Assembly (NCBI GenBank): GCA_965203445.1 | Contig: OZ241883.1 | Span: 320,001 to 384,000 of the forward strand | Direction of reading: 5' to 3' | DNA from: Candidatus Oxydemutator sp. | GTDB lineage: Bacteria; Pseudomonadota; Gammaproteobacteria; Poriferisulfidales; Oxydemutatoraceae | DNA length: 64,000 nucleotides | In this document: positions 25,985 through 36,774 of the stretch, one piece after another | Layout: each line of letters begins with the position of its first letter | How positions within the stretch are numbered: position 1 is the stretch's first letter | Translations under genes and position numbers: made by a program | The notes under the pieces: generated by a model | Told to the model about the DNA's origin: nothing | Database searches by the model: none | Seen by the model: the letters and a program-made list of their open reading frames with translations, nothing else

Positions 25985-26137
25985 GGCGATACCTCCTGCC
26001 GATAGTTGCAACAAGTGTATTGTGCAGGAAAAGCAATGATAGCACACGAAGCCGCTGGACGGCTGCGGTTCTCCGCCCGTCAATCCCGTCCGCGCCAAGC
26101 GCTTTCACGGCAACAACGGCGGGAGTAATATAGGTGC

Positions 26138-27427
26138 ATGGAACCGCGCTATTCCAACGTCTTTATCGTGGATGGCGTGCGTACGCCGATATTGAAGGCG
26201 CGCGGCAGGCCGGGGCCCTTCTCCTCGGGCGATCTCGCGGTGGCGGCGGGACGCGCGCTGTTGTTGCGCGCCGGCGTCGGCGGCGACGCGCCCGACGAGG
26301 TGGTGCTCGGTTGCGTGATGCCGGGCGCCGACGAGGCCAACGTCGCGCGCGTGGCGGCGCTGCGTATCGGCGTCGCCGAGTCGGTGCCGGCGTGGAGCGT
26401 GCAGCGCAACTGCGCGTCGGGCATGCAGGCGCTGGACGCCGCCGCCGCGCGCATCGAGCGCGGCGCGTCGCAACTGGTGCTGGCCGGCGGCGTCGAGGCG
26501 ATGAGCCGCGCGCCGCTGTTGCTCGACGAGCAGGCGCTCCACTGGCTCGCCGATTGGCGCGGGGCAAAAAATCCGGCGGCGCGTATCCGGCATCTGGCGC
26601 GCCTGCGCCCGCGCCATTTCAAGCCGGTAATCGCGCTGCTGCGCGGCCTGACCGATCCGATTGTCGGCATGTCCATGGGCCAGACCGCCGAGAAAATCTC
26701 GCGGCGCTTCCGGATAGGCCGCGAGGACATGGACCGTTTCGCGCTGCGCAGCCACGAGCGCCTGGCGCGCGCCGTCGCACGCGGTCGTTTCACTGATGAA
26801 ATCGAACCGCTCTATTGCGAACAAGGCGCGCTCGAGTACGACGACGGACTGCGCAAAGACACCGACGCGGCGAAGCTTGCGGCGCTGCAACCGGCGTTCG
26901 AGCCGCTGTCCGGCAACGTCACCGCGGGCAACAGCGCGCAAGTCAGCGACGGCGCCGCGTGGTTGCTGCTGGCGTCGGAGGCGGCGCTCGAAAAACACAA
27001 GCTGCAAGCGCGCGGGCGCATCGTCGCGGTCGAGTGGGCCGCGCTCGACCCGTCGCAGATGGGGCTGGGGCCGGTGCACGCCGCCGGGCGCCTGCTCAAA
27101 CGTCTCGGGCTTACGCCGCACGACGTGGACTACTGGGAGATCAACGAGGCGTTCGCCGGCCAGGTGCTGGCGTGTCTCGCGGCGTTTGCGGACGAGGACT
27201 ACTGCCGCAACGTGGTCGGTCTTGAACGCGCAATCGGACCACTAGACGAAGAGCGCCTGAACGTGGACGGCGGCGCGATCGCGTGCGGACATCCGGTCGG
27301 GATGAGCGGCGCGCGCATCGTGCTGCACGCGCTCAACGTGTTGCGGCGCACCGGCGGGCGACGCGCGTTGGCGACGCTGTGCATCGGCGGCGGCCAGGGC
27401 GGCGCGTTGTTGGTCGAGGCCGTCTGA
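26138..27427 (+). CDS. fadI: Acetyl-CoA C-acyltransferase (thiolase, FadI-like)
   Basis: QRNCASGMQA, NEAFAGQ, GHPVGMSG, CIGGGQG. Confidence 0.9.
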   Translation: MEPRYSNVFIVDGVRTPILKARGRPGPFSSGDLAVAAGRALLLRAGVGGDAPDEVVLGCVMPGADEANVARVAALRIGVAESVPAWSVQRNCASGMQALDAAAARIERGASQLVLAGGVEAMSRAPLLLDEQALHWLADWRGAKNPAARIRHLARLRPRHFKPVIALLRGLTDPIVGMSMGQTAEKISRRFRIGREDMDRFALRSHERLARAVARGRFTDEIEPLYCEQGALEYDDGLRKDTDAAKLAALQPAFEPLSGNVTAGNSAQVSDGAAWLLLASEAALEKHKLQARGRIVAVEWAALDPSQMGLGPVHAAGRLLKRLGLTPHDVDYWEINEAFAGQVLACLAAFADEDYCRNVVGLERAIGPLDEERLNVDGGAIACGHPVGMSGARIVLHALNVLRRTGGRRALATLCIGGGQGGALLVEAV

Positions 27428-29484
27428 TGAGCGCGGAACGGGACACACCGGGACACGACCCGCGCCACTGGCAGGTGCGACGCGAGGCCGGCGGCATCGT
27501 CGCGTTGACGCTCGACCACGCCGAGCGTTCGGCGAACGTGCTCGACGGCGAAGTGTTGAGCGAGTTTGCCGCGCTGCTCGGCGAGTTTGAGCGCGAGGTT
27601 CCGGCGGGCGTCCTGATCCGATCCGGCAAGGACAACGGTTTTTTGGCGGGCGCCGACGTCGGCGAGTTCGCCCACTTGGGCACGCGCGAACGGGCGCTCG
27701 ACAAACTGCACGCCGGACAAGAGCTGATGGATCGTCTCGAAGCGCTGCGGTGCCCGACGCTGGCGCTGATTCATGGATTTTGCGCCGGCGGCGGCCTGGA
27801 GCTGGCGCTCGCCTGCGACTACCGCGTCGTCGAAGACGCGCCGCAATGCCGTCTGAGCCTGCCCGAGGTGCGCTTGGGGATTCATCCGGGTTACGGCGGC
27901 AGCGTGCGCCTGCCGCGCCTGATAGGCGACGTGCCCGCCTTGCGCCTGATGCTGTCGGGCGCCGCGGTCGGCGCGTGGCGGGCAAAACGCATCGGGCTGG
28001 CCGACCACGTAACGCGCCGCGACGCCCTTACGGCGGCGGCGTTGGCCATGCTGCGGCAAAAGCCGCCGCCGCGCGCCGCGCCGCGTCTGCGGCGCATTCC
28101 GAAGATCCCGCTGCTGCGCCGCGGCATCGCGTTCTTCATCGGCCGCTCGCTTGCAAAACGCGTCGACCGGCGACACTATCCGGCGCCGTGGCGCCTGCTG
28201 AGGTCGTGGTGCGAGGCACGCGGGAACCAGGCGCGACAAACGCGGGCCGAGGCCGACTCGGTCGCGTCGCTGTTCGACTCCCCGAGCACGCGCCAACTGA
28301 TAAGGGTATTCGAGTTGCGCCGGCGTTTGCAGGCGGGCGGCGGACAAGACGTGCACCGCAAGGGCCCGCGGGCGGTGCACGTGATCGGCGCCGGCACGAT
28401 GGGCGGCGACATCGCGGCGTGGTGCGCGCTCAACGGCCACGACGTAACCCTGCAGGACCGCGAAGCCCGTCTGATCGCGCCGGCGATGGCGCGCGCGCGC
28501 CGCTTGTTTGAAAAGAAACTCCGGCAGCAGGCACGCACCGCAATGGAGCGGCTGCTGCCCGACGCACGCGGACGTGGAATCGAGCGCGCCGACGTCGTCA
28601 TCGAGGCCATCGTCGAGGACCTCGACGCCAAGCGCGCGCTGTACGCCGAGGTCGAGGCGCGCATGAAGCCGGAAGGGCTGCTTGCGACCAACACTTCGAG
28701 TCTGCCGCTGGCCGCGCTCGCGCGCGATCTCAAGCGGCGCGAACGCCTCGTCGGCCTGCACTTCTTCAACCCGGTGGCAAAGATGCAGCTGATCGAGGTC
28801 GTACACGGCGACGCGCATGACGACGGGGACGGCGCCCGCTGGCCGGCCGAGGCGGCGGCCTTCGCGCGTTCGATCAGACGCCTGCCGCTGCCGGTGCGCT
28901 CGTCGCCTGGCTTGCTCGTCAACCGCGTGCTGATGCCGTACCTGGCCGAGGCGATGCGCATGCGCGACGAAGGAACCGCGGCCGGAACGATAGACGCGGC
29001 GGCCAGGGAATTCGGGATGCCGATGGGGCCGCTGGAACTCGCCGACGTCATCGGGTTGGACGTCTGCCTGTCGGTCGCCGCGACGTTGCACGACGCATTC
29101 GGGCGGACGCCACCGCAGTCGCTGCGACGGCACGTCGAGAACGGACGCCTGGGGCGCAAGAGCGGACACGGGTTCTACCGCTGGAAAAAAGGCCGCGTGC
29201 GCACGACGCGCGCCAAGCCGAGGCCGAACCGCGACGTGCTCGACCGTCTGATGTTGCCGCTGGTCAACGAGGCAATCGCGTGCCTGCATGAACGACTCGT
29301 CGAAGACGGCGACGTGCTAGACGCCGGCATGATCTTCGGCGCCGGCTTCGCGCCGTTTCGCGGCGGGCCGTTGCAGTACCTGCGCGACAACGACGCCGCC
29401 GCGCAGCTTGCGCGCCTGCGAGACTTGGCCGCGCGCCACGGCGAACGCTTCCGCCCGGCGCCCGGCTGGGACGAATGGACGTAA
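27427..29484 (+). CDS. fadJ: 3-hydroxyacyl-CoA dehydrogenase / enoyl-CoA hydratase (FadJ-like)
   Basis: FLAGADV, GGGLELALAC, LPEVRLG, GAGTMG, TNTSSL, HFFNPV; TGATG coupling to the thiolase. Confidence 0.9.
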   Translation: MSAERDTPGHDPRHWQVRREAGGIVALTLDHAERSANVLDGEVLSEFAALLGEFEREVPAGVLIRSGKDNGFLAGADVGEFAHLGTRERALDKLHAGQELMDRLEALRCPTLALIHGFCAGGGLELALACDYRVVEDAPQCRLSLPEVRLGIHPGYGGSVRLPRLIGDVPALRLMLSGAAVGAWRAKRIGLADHVTRRDALTAAALAMLRQKPPPRAAPRLRRIPKIPLLRRGIAFFIGRSLAKRVDRRHYPAPWRLLRSWCEARGNQARQTRAEADSVASLFDSPSTRQLIRVFELRRRLQAGGGQDVHRKGPRAVHVIGAGTMGGDIAAWCALNGHDVTLQDREARLIAPAMARARRLFEKKLRQQARTAMERLLPDARGRGIERADVVIEAIVEDLDAKRALYAEVEARMKPEGLLATNTSSLPLAALARDLKRRERLVGLHFFNPVAKMQLIEVVHGDAHDDGDGARWPAEAAAFARSIRRLPLPVRSSPGLLVNRVLMPYLAEAMRMRDEGTAAGTIDAAAREFGMPMGPLELADVIGLDVCLSVAATLHDAFGRTPPQSLRRHVENGRLGRKSGHGFYRWKKGRVRTTRAKPRPNRDVLDRLMLPLVNEAIACLHERLVEDGDVLDAGMIFGAGFAPFRGGPLQYLRDNDAAAQLARLRDLAARHGERFRPAPGWDEWT

Positions 29485-30066
29485 GCGGCGACGCGGTCAC
29501 CGGACGCACGATACCGGAGTTGTTCGAGCGGCGCGACGACGCCGCACGCCGTGGCCTATTTGCAATTCGACACCGACGCCGGGGAATGGCGCCGCTACCG
29601 CTGGAGCGGCGTGCGCGAACTCGCGCGACGCCGCCAGGCGTGGCTGAGAACGTTGGCGCTCGGCGCGGGCGAGCGTGTCGCGCTGATGATGCCAAACGGC
29701 GTCGAATAGGTCGCGTTCGACGTGGCCGCGGCCGGGCTTGGTCTGGTTACGGTGCCGCTGCACGCTGTGGTCGGCGAAGGCCGCCCGTACCCGTCGGTCA
29801 TCGCCGTCCCCGACGCCGAGGGCTGGTGGAGCGCGGCCGCGGACGTCGGCGATTACGCGCGCGCGGAGGCGCGCGCATTCGCGCTAACGCGCATCCGCGA
29901 GCGGCTGTCCTCTTTCCCGGCCTACGCCGAGATCAAAAAAGTCGCGCTGATTGCGCGGCGCTGGAACATGGAAAACGAGCTGCTGACACCGACGCTCAAG
30001 CCGAAACGAAAAGCGATTCTCGCGCGCTACCGAACGCTGGTGAACGAGTTGTACACGGGGCACTGA
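29475..30066 (+). pseudogene. Long-chain fatty-acid-CoA ligase (FadD/AMP-binding) pseudogene
   Basis: N-term TIPELFERR, frameshift ~29540, GERVALMMPNGVE*VAFDVA (TAG 29707-29709), then VTVPLH joined directly to C-terminal AVVGEGRPY..ENELLTPTLKPKR, indicating a large internal deletion. Confidence 0.88.
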
Positions 30067-30126
30067 GGAACGCCGACGAACGGTCTCGGCCCGCGGAATT
30101 TCTGCTTTTCGACGCACCGCCGCGGT

Positions 30127-31125
30127 TCACGCGCGGGCGGCGGCACGGTGCTTCAGAAACCACGCGCAGGTGTTGGCAATGCCTTCGGCCAGACCAATGC
30201 CGGGGCGCCACCCCAGCTTTTCCATGATCGAAGTATCGAGCAGTTTGCGCGGCGCGCCGTCGGGGCGCCCGGGGTCGAAGACAACGTCGCCCTGGTAACC
30301 GACGGCGGCGCGCACCAGCGACGCGCACTCGGCGATTGTGACCTCGCGTCCCGAACCGACGTTGATATGCGACTGCATCGGCGACGTGCAGGCGTCGTAG
30401 GCTTCGCCGGACAATTCGATAACGTGGACGCAGGCGTCGGCCAGATCGTCCACGTGTAAAAAGTCGCGTTTCGCCTCGCCGGTACCCCATACCTCGAGGC
30501 TAGCCTTCCCGCCCTCCATAGCGTCGACAAAACGGCGAATCAGGCCGGGAATCACGTGACTGTGTTCGGGATGAAAATTGTCACCCGGCCCGTACAGGTT
30601 GGTCGGCATCAGACTGCGGTAGTCGGTCGCGTATTGGCGGTTGTACGACTCGCACAACTTGATGCCGGCGATCTTGGCGACGGCGTACGGCTCGTTGGTC
30701 GGTTCGAGCGCGCCTTGCAGCAGCTCCGACTCGCGCATCGGCTGCGCGGCGAGGCGCGGATAAATACACGAACTGCCGAGGAACAACAAACGCTGGACGC
30801 CGGCGCGCCAGGCTTCGTGGATCACGTTGGCCTCGATCATCAGATTGCGGTAGATGAACTCGGCCGGGTAGGAGTCGTTGGCGTGGATGCCGCCGACGCG
30901 GGCCGCGGCGAGCACCACGCAATCCACCGGGGTGGTCGCAAAAAATTCCCGCACCCGCGATTGTTCGCACAGGTCTAGTTGTTCTCGGTCACGAGTTACG
31001 AGATTGGCGTAGCCGCGCTTTTCGAGACAACGCAGAAGCGCCGAACCGACCATGCCGCGGTGGCCGGCCACGTACACCGCCGCGTTCTTGTCCAAGGCGC
31101 CCCGCGCGGCGGCCGTTTCAGGCAT
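30127..31125 (-). CDS. fcl: GDP-L-fucose synthase
   Basis: [45 protein letters not shown]. Confidence 0.95.
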   Translation of the reverse strand: MPETAAARGALDKNAAVYVAGHRGMVGSALLRCLEKRGYANLVTRDREQLDLCEQSRVREFFATTPVDCVVLAAARVGGIHANDSYPAEFIYRNLMIEANVIHEAWRAGVQRLLFLGSSCIYPRLAAQPMRESELLQGALEPTNEPYAVAKIAGIKLCESYNRQYATDYRSLMPTNLYGPGDNFHPEHSHVIPGLIRRFVDAMEGGKASLEVWGTGEAKRDFLHVDDLADACVHVIELSGEAYDACTSPMQSHINVGSGREVTIAECASLVRAAVGYQGDVVFDPGRPDGAPRKLLDTSIMEKLGWRPGIGLAEGIANTCAWFLKHRAAARA

Positions 31126-32179
31126 TTCCGCCCGCCGACCGTTCGCGCCGCGCAAGCTCGAGGTCGTGCTCGACCATCTCCGCCACCAGTTCGTCGAAGG
31201 TCACTTTCGGGCGCCAGCCGAGCCGCTCTCGCGCCAGCGTCGCGTCGCCACGTAAGCTGTCCACTTCGGCGGGGCGGAAATAACGCCGCTCAACGCGCAC
31301 GATCACACGCCCGTCGGCGTCCACCCCCTGCTCGTCGAGTCCTTTCCCCCGCCAGTTGACGCGCACGTCCAATTTGCGCGCCGCGGCCTCCAGAAACTCG
31401 CGCACCGAGCGTTGCTCGCCGGTCGCGAGCACCAGGTCCCGCGGCTCGTCCTGCTGCAACATCAGCCACTGGCCCTCGACGTAATCGCGCGCGTGGCCCC
31501 AGTCGCGGCGCGCGTCGAGGTTGCCGACATAGAGACACCTCTGCAAACCGAGCTTGATACGCGCCAGGGCCCTGGTGATCTTGCGGGTGACGAAAGTCGC
31601 GCCGCGCATCGGCGACTCGTGGTTGAAAAGGATGCCGTTGCAGGCGAACAGGCCATACGCCTCGCGGTAAATCCTGGTAATCCAGTACGCGTACAGCTTG
31701 GCGGCGCCGTACGGCGAACGCGGCTCGAACCGGGTGGCCTCGGTCTGCGGACTTTGCGGGTTGTTGCCGAACATCTCGGAAGTGGAAGCCTGGTAGAAGC
31801 GCGTCTTGTCGCCCAACTGCAACGTGCGTATCGCCTCCAACATGCGCAGCACGCCGACCGCGTCCGAATTCGCGGTGTATTCCGGCTCCTCGAAAGAGAC
31901 CGCGACGTGCGACTGCGCCGCAAGGTTGTAGACCTCGTCGGGCTGCGTCTTTTGCAGGACGTGCATCAGGCTGCTGGCGTCGGTCATGTCGCCGGCGTGC
32001 AGCACCAGGTCGTAGCCTTCCTCGAACGGATCGTGGTAGAAGCGCTCTATGCGCGCGGTGTTGAACAACGACGTGCGACGCATGACGCCGTGCACCTGGT
32101 AGCCCTTGCCAAGCAGAAACTCGGCCAGGTACGCGCCGTCCTGGCCGGTGATGCCGGTTATCAGTGCTCGCTTCTTCAT
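31118..32179 (-). CDS. gmd: GDP-mannose 4,6-dehydratase
   Basis: [40 protein letters not shown]. Confidence 0.96.
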   Translation of the reverse strand: MKKRALITGITGQDGAYLAEFLLGKGYQVHGVMRRTSLFNTARIERFYHDPFEEGYDLVLHAGDMTDASSLMHVLQKTQPDEVYNLAAQSHVAVSFEEPEYTANSDAVGVLRMLEAIRTLQLGDKTRFYQASTSEMFGNNPQSPQTEATRFEPRSPYGAAKLYAYWITRIYREAYGLFACNGILFNHESPMRGATFVTRKITRALARIKLGLQRCLYVGNLDARRDWGHARDYVEGQWLMLQQDEPRDLVLATGEQRSVREFLEAAARKLDVRVNWRGKGLDEQGVDADGRVIVRVERRYFRPAEVDSLRGDATLARERLGWRPKVTFDELVAEMVEHDLELARRERSAGGNA

Positions 32180-32314
32180 CAAAACGGCCGTGGCGGATGG
32201 TCAGCGGCCCGGCGCGCCGCGTTTGCCGATACAAAAACGACGACGACTATCGTATTATAGCAACGCCGCTCGATGGCGACAAGGAATTAGACGACTCACA
32301 CGGAGGCGAAAACG

Positions 32315-32689
32315 ATGACGATAGCCAAAAATCTCCTCAGATTATACGCGCTGGCGGTATGCTTTGTATCGGTGCTGGTGTTCAGCATTGCCTTCGGCAC
32401 CGGCGTCTATGACGTGATCCAGATGAACCTGCCGGAGACGACGATGAGCAGCTGGCACTACGAGCGCCATCAGAGCAACGACAACTTCATCCGCGACTGG
32501 CCGCCCAAGAAGGCGGTGCCGGACGACGCCGAGCTGACGCGCATGCGCGAGCAGAGTTACGTCACGGCGGTCGAGCTCGAAATAAGGGACGCGCAACAAA
32601 GCCTGATCGTGGTCGTCATCATCATGCTGATCACCGCGGCGCTCTTCGTGATCCACTGGAAACTGTCGAGAGCGACGCGCATCGGGTAA
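32315..32689 (+). CDS. Hypothetical membrane protein (2 TM)
   Basis: GGAGG SD; N- and C-terminal hydrophobic helices. Confidence 0.75.
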   Translation: MTIAKNLLRLYALAVCFVSVLVFSIAFGTGVYDVIQMNLPETTMSSWHYERHQSNDNFIRDWPPKKAVPDDAELTRMREQSYVTAVELEIRDAQQSLIVVVIIMLITAALFVIHWKLSRATRIG

Positions 32690-32704
32690 GCCGGGCGTCT
32701 TTCG

Positions 32705-33901
32705 ATGCCGGGACGCGCGTTGATCATGGACGGCCACGTCGGCTGCCAACTGTGGCAGAGGGCGGTTTTGCGCGAGCTGGGAGTGGAGACGAAAGTCTTG
32801 TCGTTGCGCAAAAGCGACGCGCGGCCGCAGTTGCCGCGCCACGACAATCCGGTGAGCGCGCGCGAACAAGAGATACTGAAAACCATAAAACGTCTGTGGC
32901 GCAACGGCGGCGGTCGCCGCGGCTGGAACAAGGTGCACGCGACGCTGCTGCGCCTGGCCTGTGGCGCGCAGGATCTGGCCGACTTGTTCGGCGGTCACGA
33001 CGTGCTGCTGGGGTCTTATCCGCCCGCCGTCGGCAGGCTGCTGTTCGACCTCGCGCGCGACTGCAAAAGCAGGGTCATACTCAACCTCGGCAACCGTTGC
33101 ACCCTGAACGGCGCGTCGGTGCGGAAGTTCAGGAGCTTCGCCGCGCTGCTGACCGAAATCCACGAAAGCCGGGAACACGTGCTGGCGGCCATGCACGAAT
33201 ACGACTTCCAATACGCGCGCCACTACCTGGGCCTGGAACCGCGCAAGCTTTACGTCGCATGCCACCATCTTCCTCTGGCACCCCACCGCCCGACGCGCGA
33301 CGCCATCCTGGTCGGGCCGCCCTCCGCCCCCGGCAGCCCGCGCGCGCCGACGCCCTTCGGGTCGGTGGAGAACATGAACGCCGCGTACGCGAGCTGGCGC
33401 GCCAAAAACGGGCGCCGCAAAACAATGCGTTTCGAGCAGATAAGAAGCCTGTATCCGAATTACGGCTGGCGGGATCTGGCGGGACACCCCGCGGTCGTGA
33501 TCTTTCCGTATTCTTCCTTTTCGGTCTCGATGGCCGAACTGTACGAGATGAACGTGCCGTTCTTCGTGCCGTCGGCGGAGTTTCTGATACGCCATCGGAT
33601 GCCGCAGGAAATCGTGCACCACCGCTGCCAGGCGCCGCCCCACCCCCGCAGTCCGCACCCGTGTTCGTTCCACGACGGCGCGCGGGCGATGGCCTACTGG
33701 TTGCGGTTTTGCTATTTTTACCAGCTCGAAAACGCCGTCGTCTGGGACTCCGCGCCCGACCTGTTCCAGAAACTGAACGATTGCGACCTTTCCGAAATAT
33801 CGGAGAAAATGTACGTCGAGAACCGTGACCGACGCCGCGAGTCGCTGCGGTGCTGGAGCGAGGTCATGAAGAACGTCACCGGACGGACAAACAATGGATA
33901 A
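32705..33901 (+). CDS. Putative glycosyltransferase-like protein
   Basis: 398 aa; DLAGHPAVVIFPYSSFSVSMAELYEMNVPFFVPS resembles a GT-B donor-binding segment; overlaps the STELLO-like gene. Confidence 0.6.
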   Translation: MPGRALIMDGHVGCQLWQRAVLRELGVETKVLSLRKSDARPQLPRHDNPVSAREQEILKTIKRLWRNGGGRRGWNKVHATLLRLACGAQDLADLFGGHDVLLGSYPPAVGRLLFDLARDCKSRVILNLGNRCTLNGASVRKFRSFAALLTEIHESREHVLAAMHEYDFQYARHYLGLEPRKLYVACHHLPLAPHRPTRDAILVGPPSAPGSPRAPTPFGSVENMNAAYASWRAKNGRRKTMRFEQIRSLYPNYGWRDLAGHPAVVIFPYSSFSVSMAELYEMNVPFFVPSAEFLIRHRMPQEIVHHRCQAPPHPRSPHPCSFHDGARAMAYWLRFCYFYQLENAVVWDSAPDLFQKLNDCDLSEISEKMYVENRDRRRESLRCWSEVMKNVTGRTNNG

Positions 33902-34877
33902 AAAATGCATAGTGCTGACGACGGTGCACAAGGTGACCGACGCGGTGCGCAAATTCGCAAACGGCGATTACGACCTGATCGTCGTCGGCGACCGCAAGAC
34001 GCCCGACGATTACCACGCGCTCGACTGCGTCTTTCTCGACGTCAAGGCGCAACAGAAACGTTACCCGCGCCTGAGCCGGCTGTTGCCGTGGAACAGCTAC
34101 TCGCGCAAGAATCTGGGCTATCTGTACGCGCTCCAGAACGGCTGTGACGTCATCGCCGAAAGCGACGACGACACCGTTCCGTACGACGACTGGGGCCGGC
34201 TCGAACACCCCTGCTCGCGCGCGATCATAGCGCCCCGCTACCCGAACGTGTACTCGCTGTTTTGCGACCGACCGATCTGGCCGCGCGGCTTCCCGCTCGA
34301 AAAAATACTGGCCGGCGAGGAAATTCTGATGGAGAGCGTGCTGTTTGAGGAACGCGGCGACAACGTGTTCATCATCCAGAACCTCGTGGACGGCGATCCC
34401 GACGTCGACGCCGTCTTCCGGCTGACGCACGGCGGCAAAGACGTGCGCTTCAAGCCGGGCTGCGTGCTCCTGGACAAGGGCGTGCTGTCCCCGTTCAACA
34501 CCCAGAACACGTTCTGGGTACACCGCCTGGCCTTTCCGTTCCTGTATCTGCCGGCGACAACGACGTTCCGCTATTGCGACATCCTGAGATCCTACGTCGC
34601 GCAGTATGGAATCTGGCGGCGTGGCGGCCAGCTTGCCTTTGCGTCCGCGTCCGCGTTCCAGCACCGCAATCCGCACGACCTGATCGAGGATTTCCGGCAG
34701 GAGCTGCCGCTGTATCTCGATTTCCACAAGACCATGGAAACGCTCGACGGCGTCGCCCTCGAGGGCGGCGACGACGATCTGTACGCGCTCTACCACGCGC
34801 TCTACAAAAGCGGCGGCGTCGCAAGAAATGAGTTGCGCCTGGTCGAGGAATGGCTGAAGGCCATAGCGCGACCATAG
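33894..34877 (+). CDS. STELLO/DUF288-family glycosyltransferase
   Basis: IVVGDRKTP, LPWNSYSRKNLGYLYA, ESDDD, DGDPDVDAVFRL, PFNTQNT, FRYCDILRSY. Confidence 0.85.
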   Translation: MDKKCIVLTTVHKVTDAVRKFANGDYDLIVVGDRKTPDDYHALDCVFLDVKAQQKRYPRLSRLLPWNSYSRKNLGYLYALQNGCDVIAESDDDTVPYDDWGRLEHPCSRAIIAPRYPNVYSLFCDRPIWPRGFPLEKILAGEEILMESVLFEERGDNVFIIQNLVDGDPDVDAVFRLTHGGKDVRFKPGCVLLDKGVLSPFNTQNTFWVHRLAFPFLYLPATTTFRYCDILRSYVAQYGIWRRGGQLAFASASAFQHRNPHDLIEDFRQELPLYLDFHKTMETLDGVALEGGDDDLYALYHALYKSGGVARNELRLVEEWLKAIARP

Positions 34878-34915
34878 CGCGGCCATGGCGCAACCATGGC
34901 GCGGCCGTGGCGCGT
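34861..34915. repeat. Five tandem 11-bp repeats CC(A/G)T(A/G)GCGCnn
   Basis: ccatagcgcga/ccatagcgcgg/ccatggcgcaa/ccatggcgcgg/ccgtggcgcgt. Confidence 0.85.
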
Positions 34916-34920
34916 CGAAC

Positions 34921-36774
34921 CTACTCCACCGTCACCGACTTGGCGAGGTTGCGCGGCTGGTCTATGTCGGTGCCCTTCAGCAGCGCCGTGTGGTACGCCA
35001 GGATTTGCAACGGCAGCGTGAAAATAATCGGCGCCACCGCGTTCTCCGGCGCGTTGACCTCGATGACGACGAGCGACTCCCCTTCGGAACGAAAACCGGC
35101 GTCGGCGTCGGCGAACACGTGCAACACGCCGCCGCGCGCGCGCACTTCCTGGAGGTTGGACTTCAGCTTGGCCAACAGGTGGTCGTTCGGCGCCACCGAC
35201 ACCACCGGCATGTCGTTGTCTACCAGCGCCAGCGGGCCGTGCTTGAGTTCGCCCGCGGCGTAGGCCTCGGCGTGGATGTAGGAGATTTCCTTCATCTTCA
35301 AGGCGCCTTCCATCGCAATCGGGTAATGCCGTCCGCGCCCCAAGAACAAAGCATGGTGTTTTTCGACGTAGCGCTCGGCGAGCAGCGCGATGCGCGGCTC
35401 CAGCGCGAGCGTCTGCTCGAGGCGCGCCGGCAGGTTGCGCAACTGCGCGACGAGGTCGGCGCGCACCGCGTGCTCCACGCCGGCGCGCTTGCCGAGCAGT
35501 ATCGCCAGCAGCAGCAGCGTCACCAACTGGGTCGTGAACGCCTTGGTCGAGGCGACGCCGATCTCGGGGCCGGCGTGGGTCATCAGCACGCGGTCGGACT
35601 CGCGCACCAGGGAACTCTCGGGCACGTTGCAGATCGCGGTCGAGGCGAGATAGCCGCACTCCTTCGCCAGCATCAACGCCGCCAGCGTGTCCGCGGTCTC
35701 TCCCGACTGCGAGATCGTCACGAACAACGTGCCCGGCGGAACTACCCGTTTGCGGTAGCGAAACTCGCTCGCTATCTCGACGCGGCACGGCACGCCGGCG
35801 TACTCCTCGAACCAGTAGGACGCGACGAGGCCGGCGTGGTAACTGGTGCCGCAGGCGACGATTTGCACCGCGCGCACCTGATCGAGCAAAGGCGCGGCAT
35901 CGTGGCCTACAATTTCGTCCGGCACGGTGTCGTCGAGCAGGCGGCCCTCGAGCGTGTCGGTGACCGCGCGCGGCTGGTCGTGTATCTCCTTTTGCATGAA
36001 GTGATCGAACTCGCCGAGTTCGACGGCGTGCGGCGACAACGGCGTCTCGATGAGTTTGCGCTCCACCGGGCGCGGCGCGCCGTCGTCCGCCTCGCCGTTG
36101 AATACGCGCACGCCGCCGCGTTCGAGGAGCGCTACGTCGCCGTTCTCCAGCACGATGAATTGTTTCGTCACCTGCAACAGGGCCTGCACGTCGGAGGCGG
36201 CGTAGTTGCCGGCGCCGCCGCTGCCGACGCCGACGACCAGCGGGCTGCCGTTGCGCACCAGCACGATCTGCCCGGGCTGCTCGACGTCGAGCACCGCCAG
36301 CGCGTAGGTGCCCTTCAAATCTTTCAGTGAACGCTGTACCGCGCGCGCCAAATCGTCGGTGCGCGAGAGATACAACATGATCTGGTGCGCGATGACCTCG
36401 GTGTCGGTGTCGGAGGCGAAAGCGAAACCGTGCCCGATCTGCGCGTTCTTCAACTCCTCGTAGTTTTCGATGATGCCGTTGTGGACGATGACGATGCGGT
36501 CGCTCGAGACGTGCGGATGCGCGTTGGCCTCGTCCGGCGCGCCGTGCGTCGCCCAGCGCGTGTGCGCGACGCCGACGGCGCCGGCGCACGGCGAGGCGTC
36601 GAGCGCGGCTTGCAGTTCGGACACCTTGCCGAGCTTCCGGAGGCGCCGGATGCCGCCGCCGTTGATGACGGCGACGCCGGCGGAGTCGTAGCCGCGGTAT
36701 TCGAGACGCCGCAACCCTTCCATCAGCACGCCGCAGACGTCGCCTTCGGCGATTGCGGCGACGATGCCGCACAT
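34921..36774 (-). CDS. glmS: Glutamine-fructose-6-phosphate aminotransferase
   Basis: MCGIV start at 36774, EYRGYDSAG, HTRWATHG, PRNLAKSVTVE. Confidence 0.97.
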   Translation of the reverse strand: MCGIVAAIAEGDVCGVLMEGLRRLEYRGYDSAGVAVINGGGIRRLRKLGKVSELQAALDASPCAGAVGVAHTRWATHGAPDEANAHPHVSSDRIVIVHNGIIENYEELKNAQIGHGFAFASDTDTEVIAHQIMLYLSRTDDLARAVQRSLKDLKGTYALAVLDVEQPGQIVLVRNGSPLVVGVGSGGAGNYAASDVQALLQVTKQFIVLENGDVALLERGGVRVFNGEADDGAPRPVERKLIETPLSPHAVELGEFDHFMQKEIHDQPRAVTDTLEGRLLDDTVPDEIVGHDAAPLLDQVRAVQIVACGTSYHAGLVASYWFEEYAGVPCRVEIASEFRYRKRVVPPGTLFVTISQSGETADTLAALMLAKECGYLASTAICNVPESSLVRESDRVLMTHAGPEIGVASTKAFTTQLVTLLLLAILLGKRAGVEHAVRADLVAQLRNLPARLEQTLALEPRIALLAERYVEKHHALFLGRGRHYPIAMEGALKMKEISYIHAEAYAAGELKHGPLALVDNDMPVVSVAPNDHLLAKLKSNLQEVRARGGVLHVFADADAGFRSEGESLVVIEVNAPENAVAPIIFTLPLQILAYHTALLKGTDIDQPRNLAKSVTVE

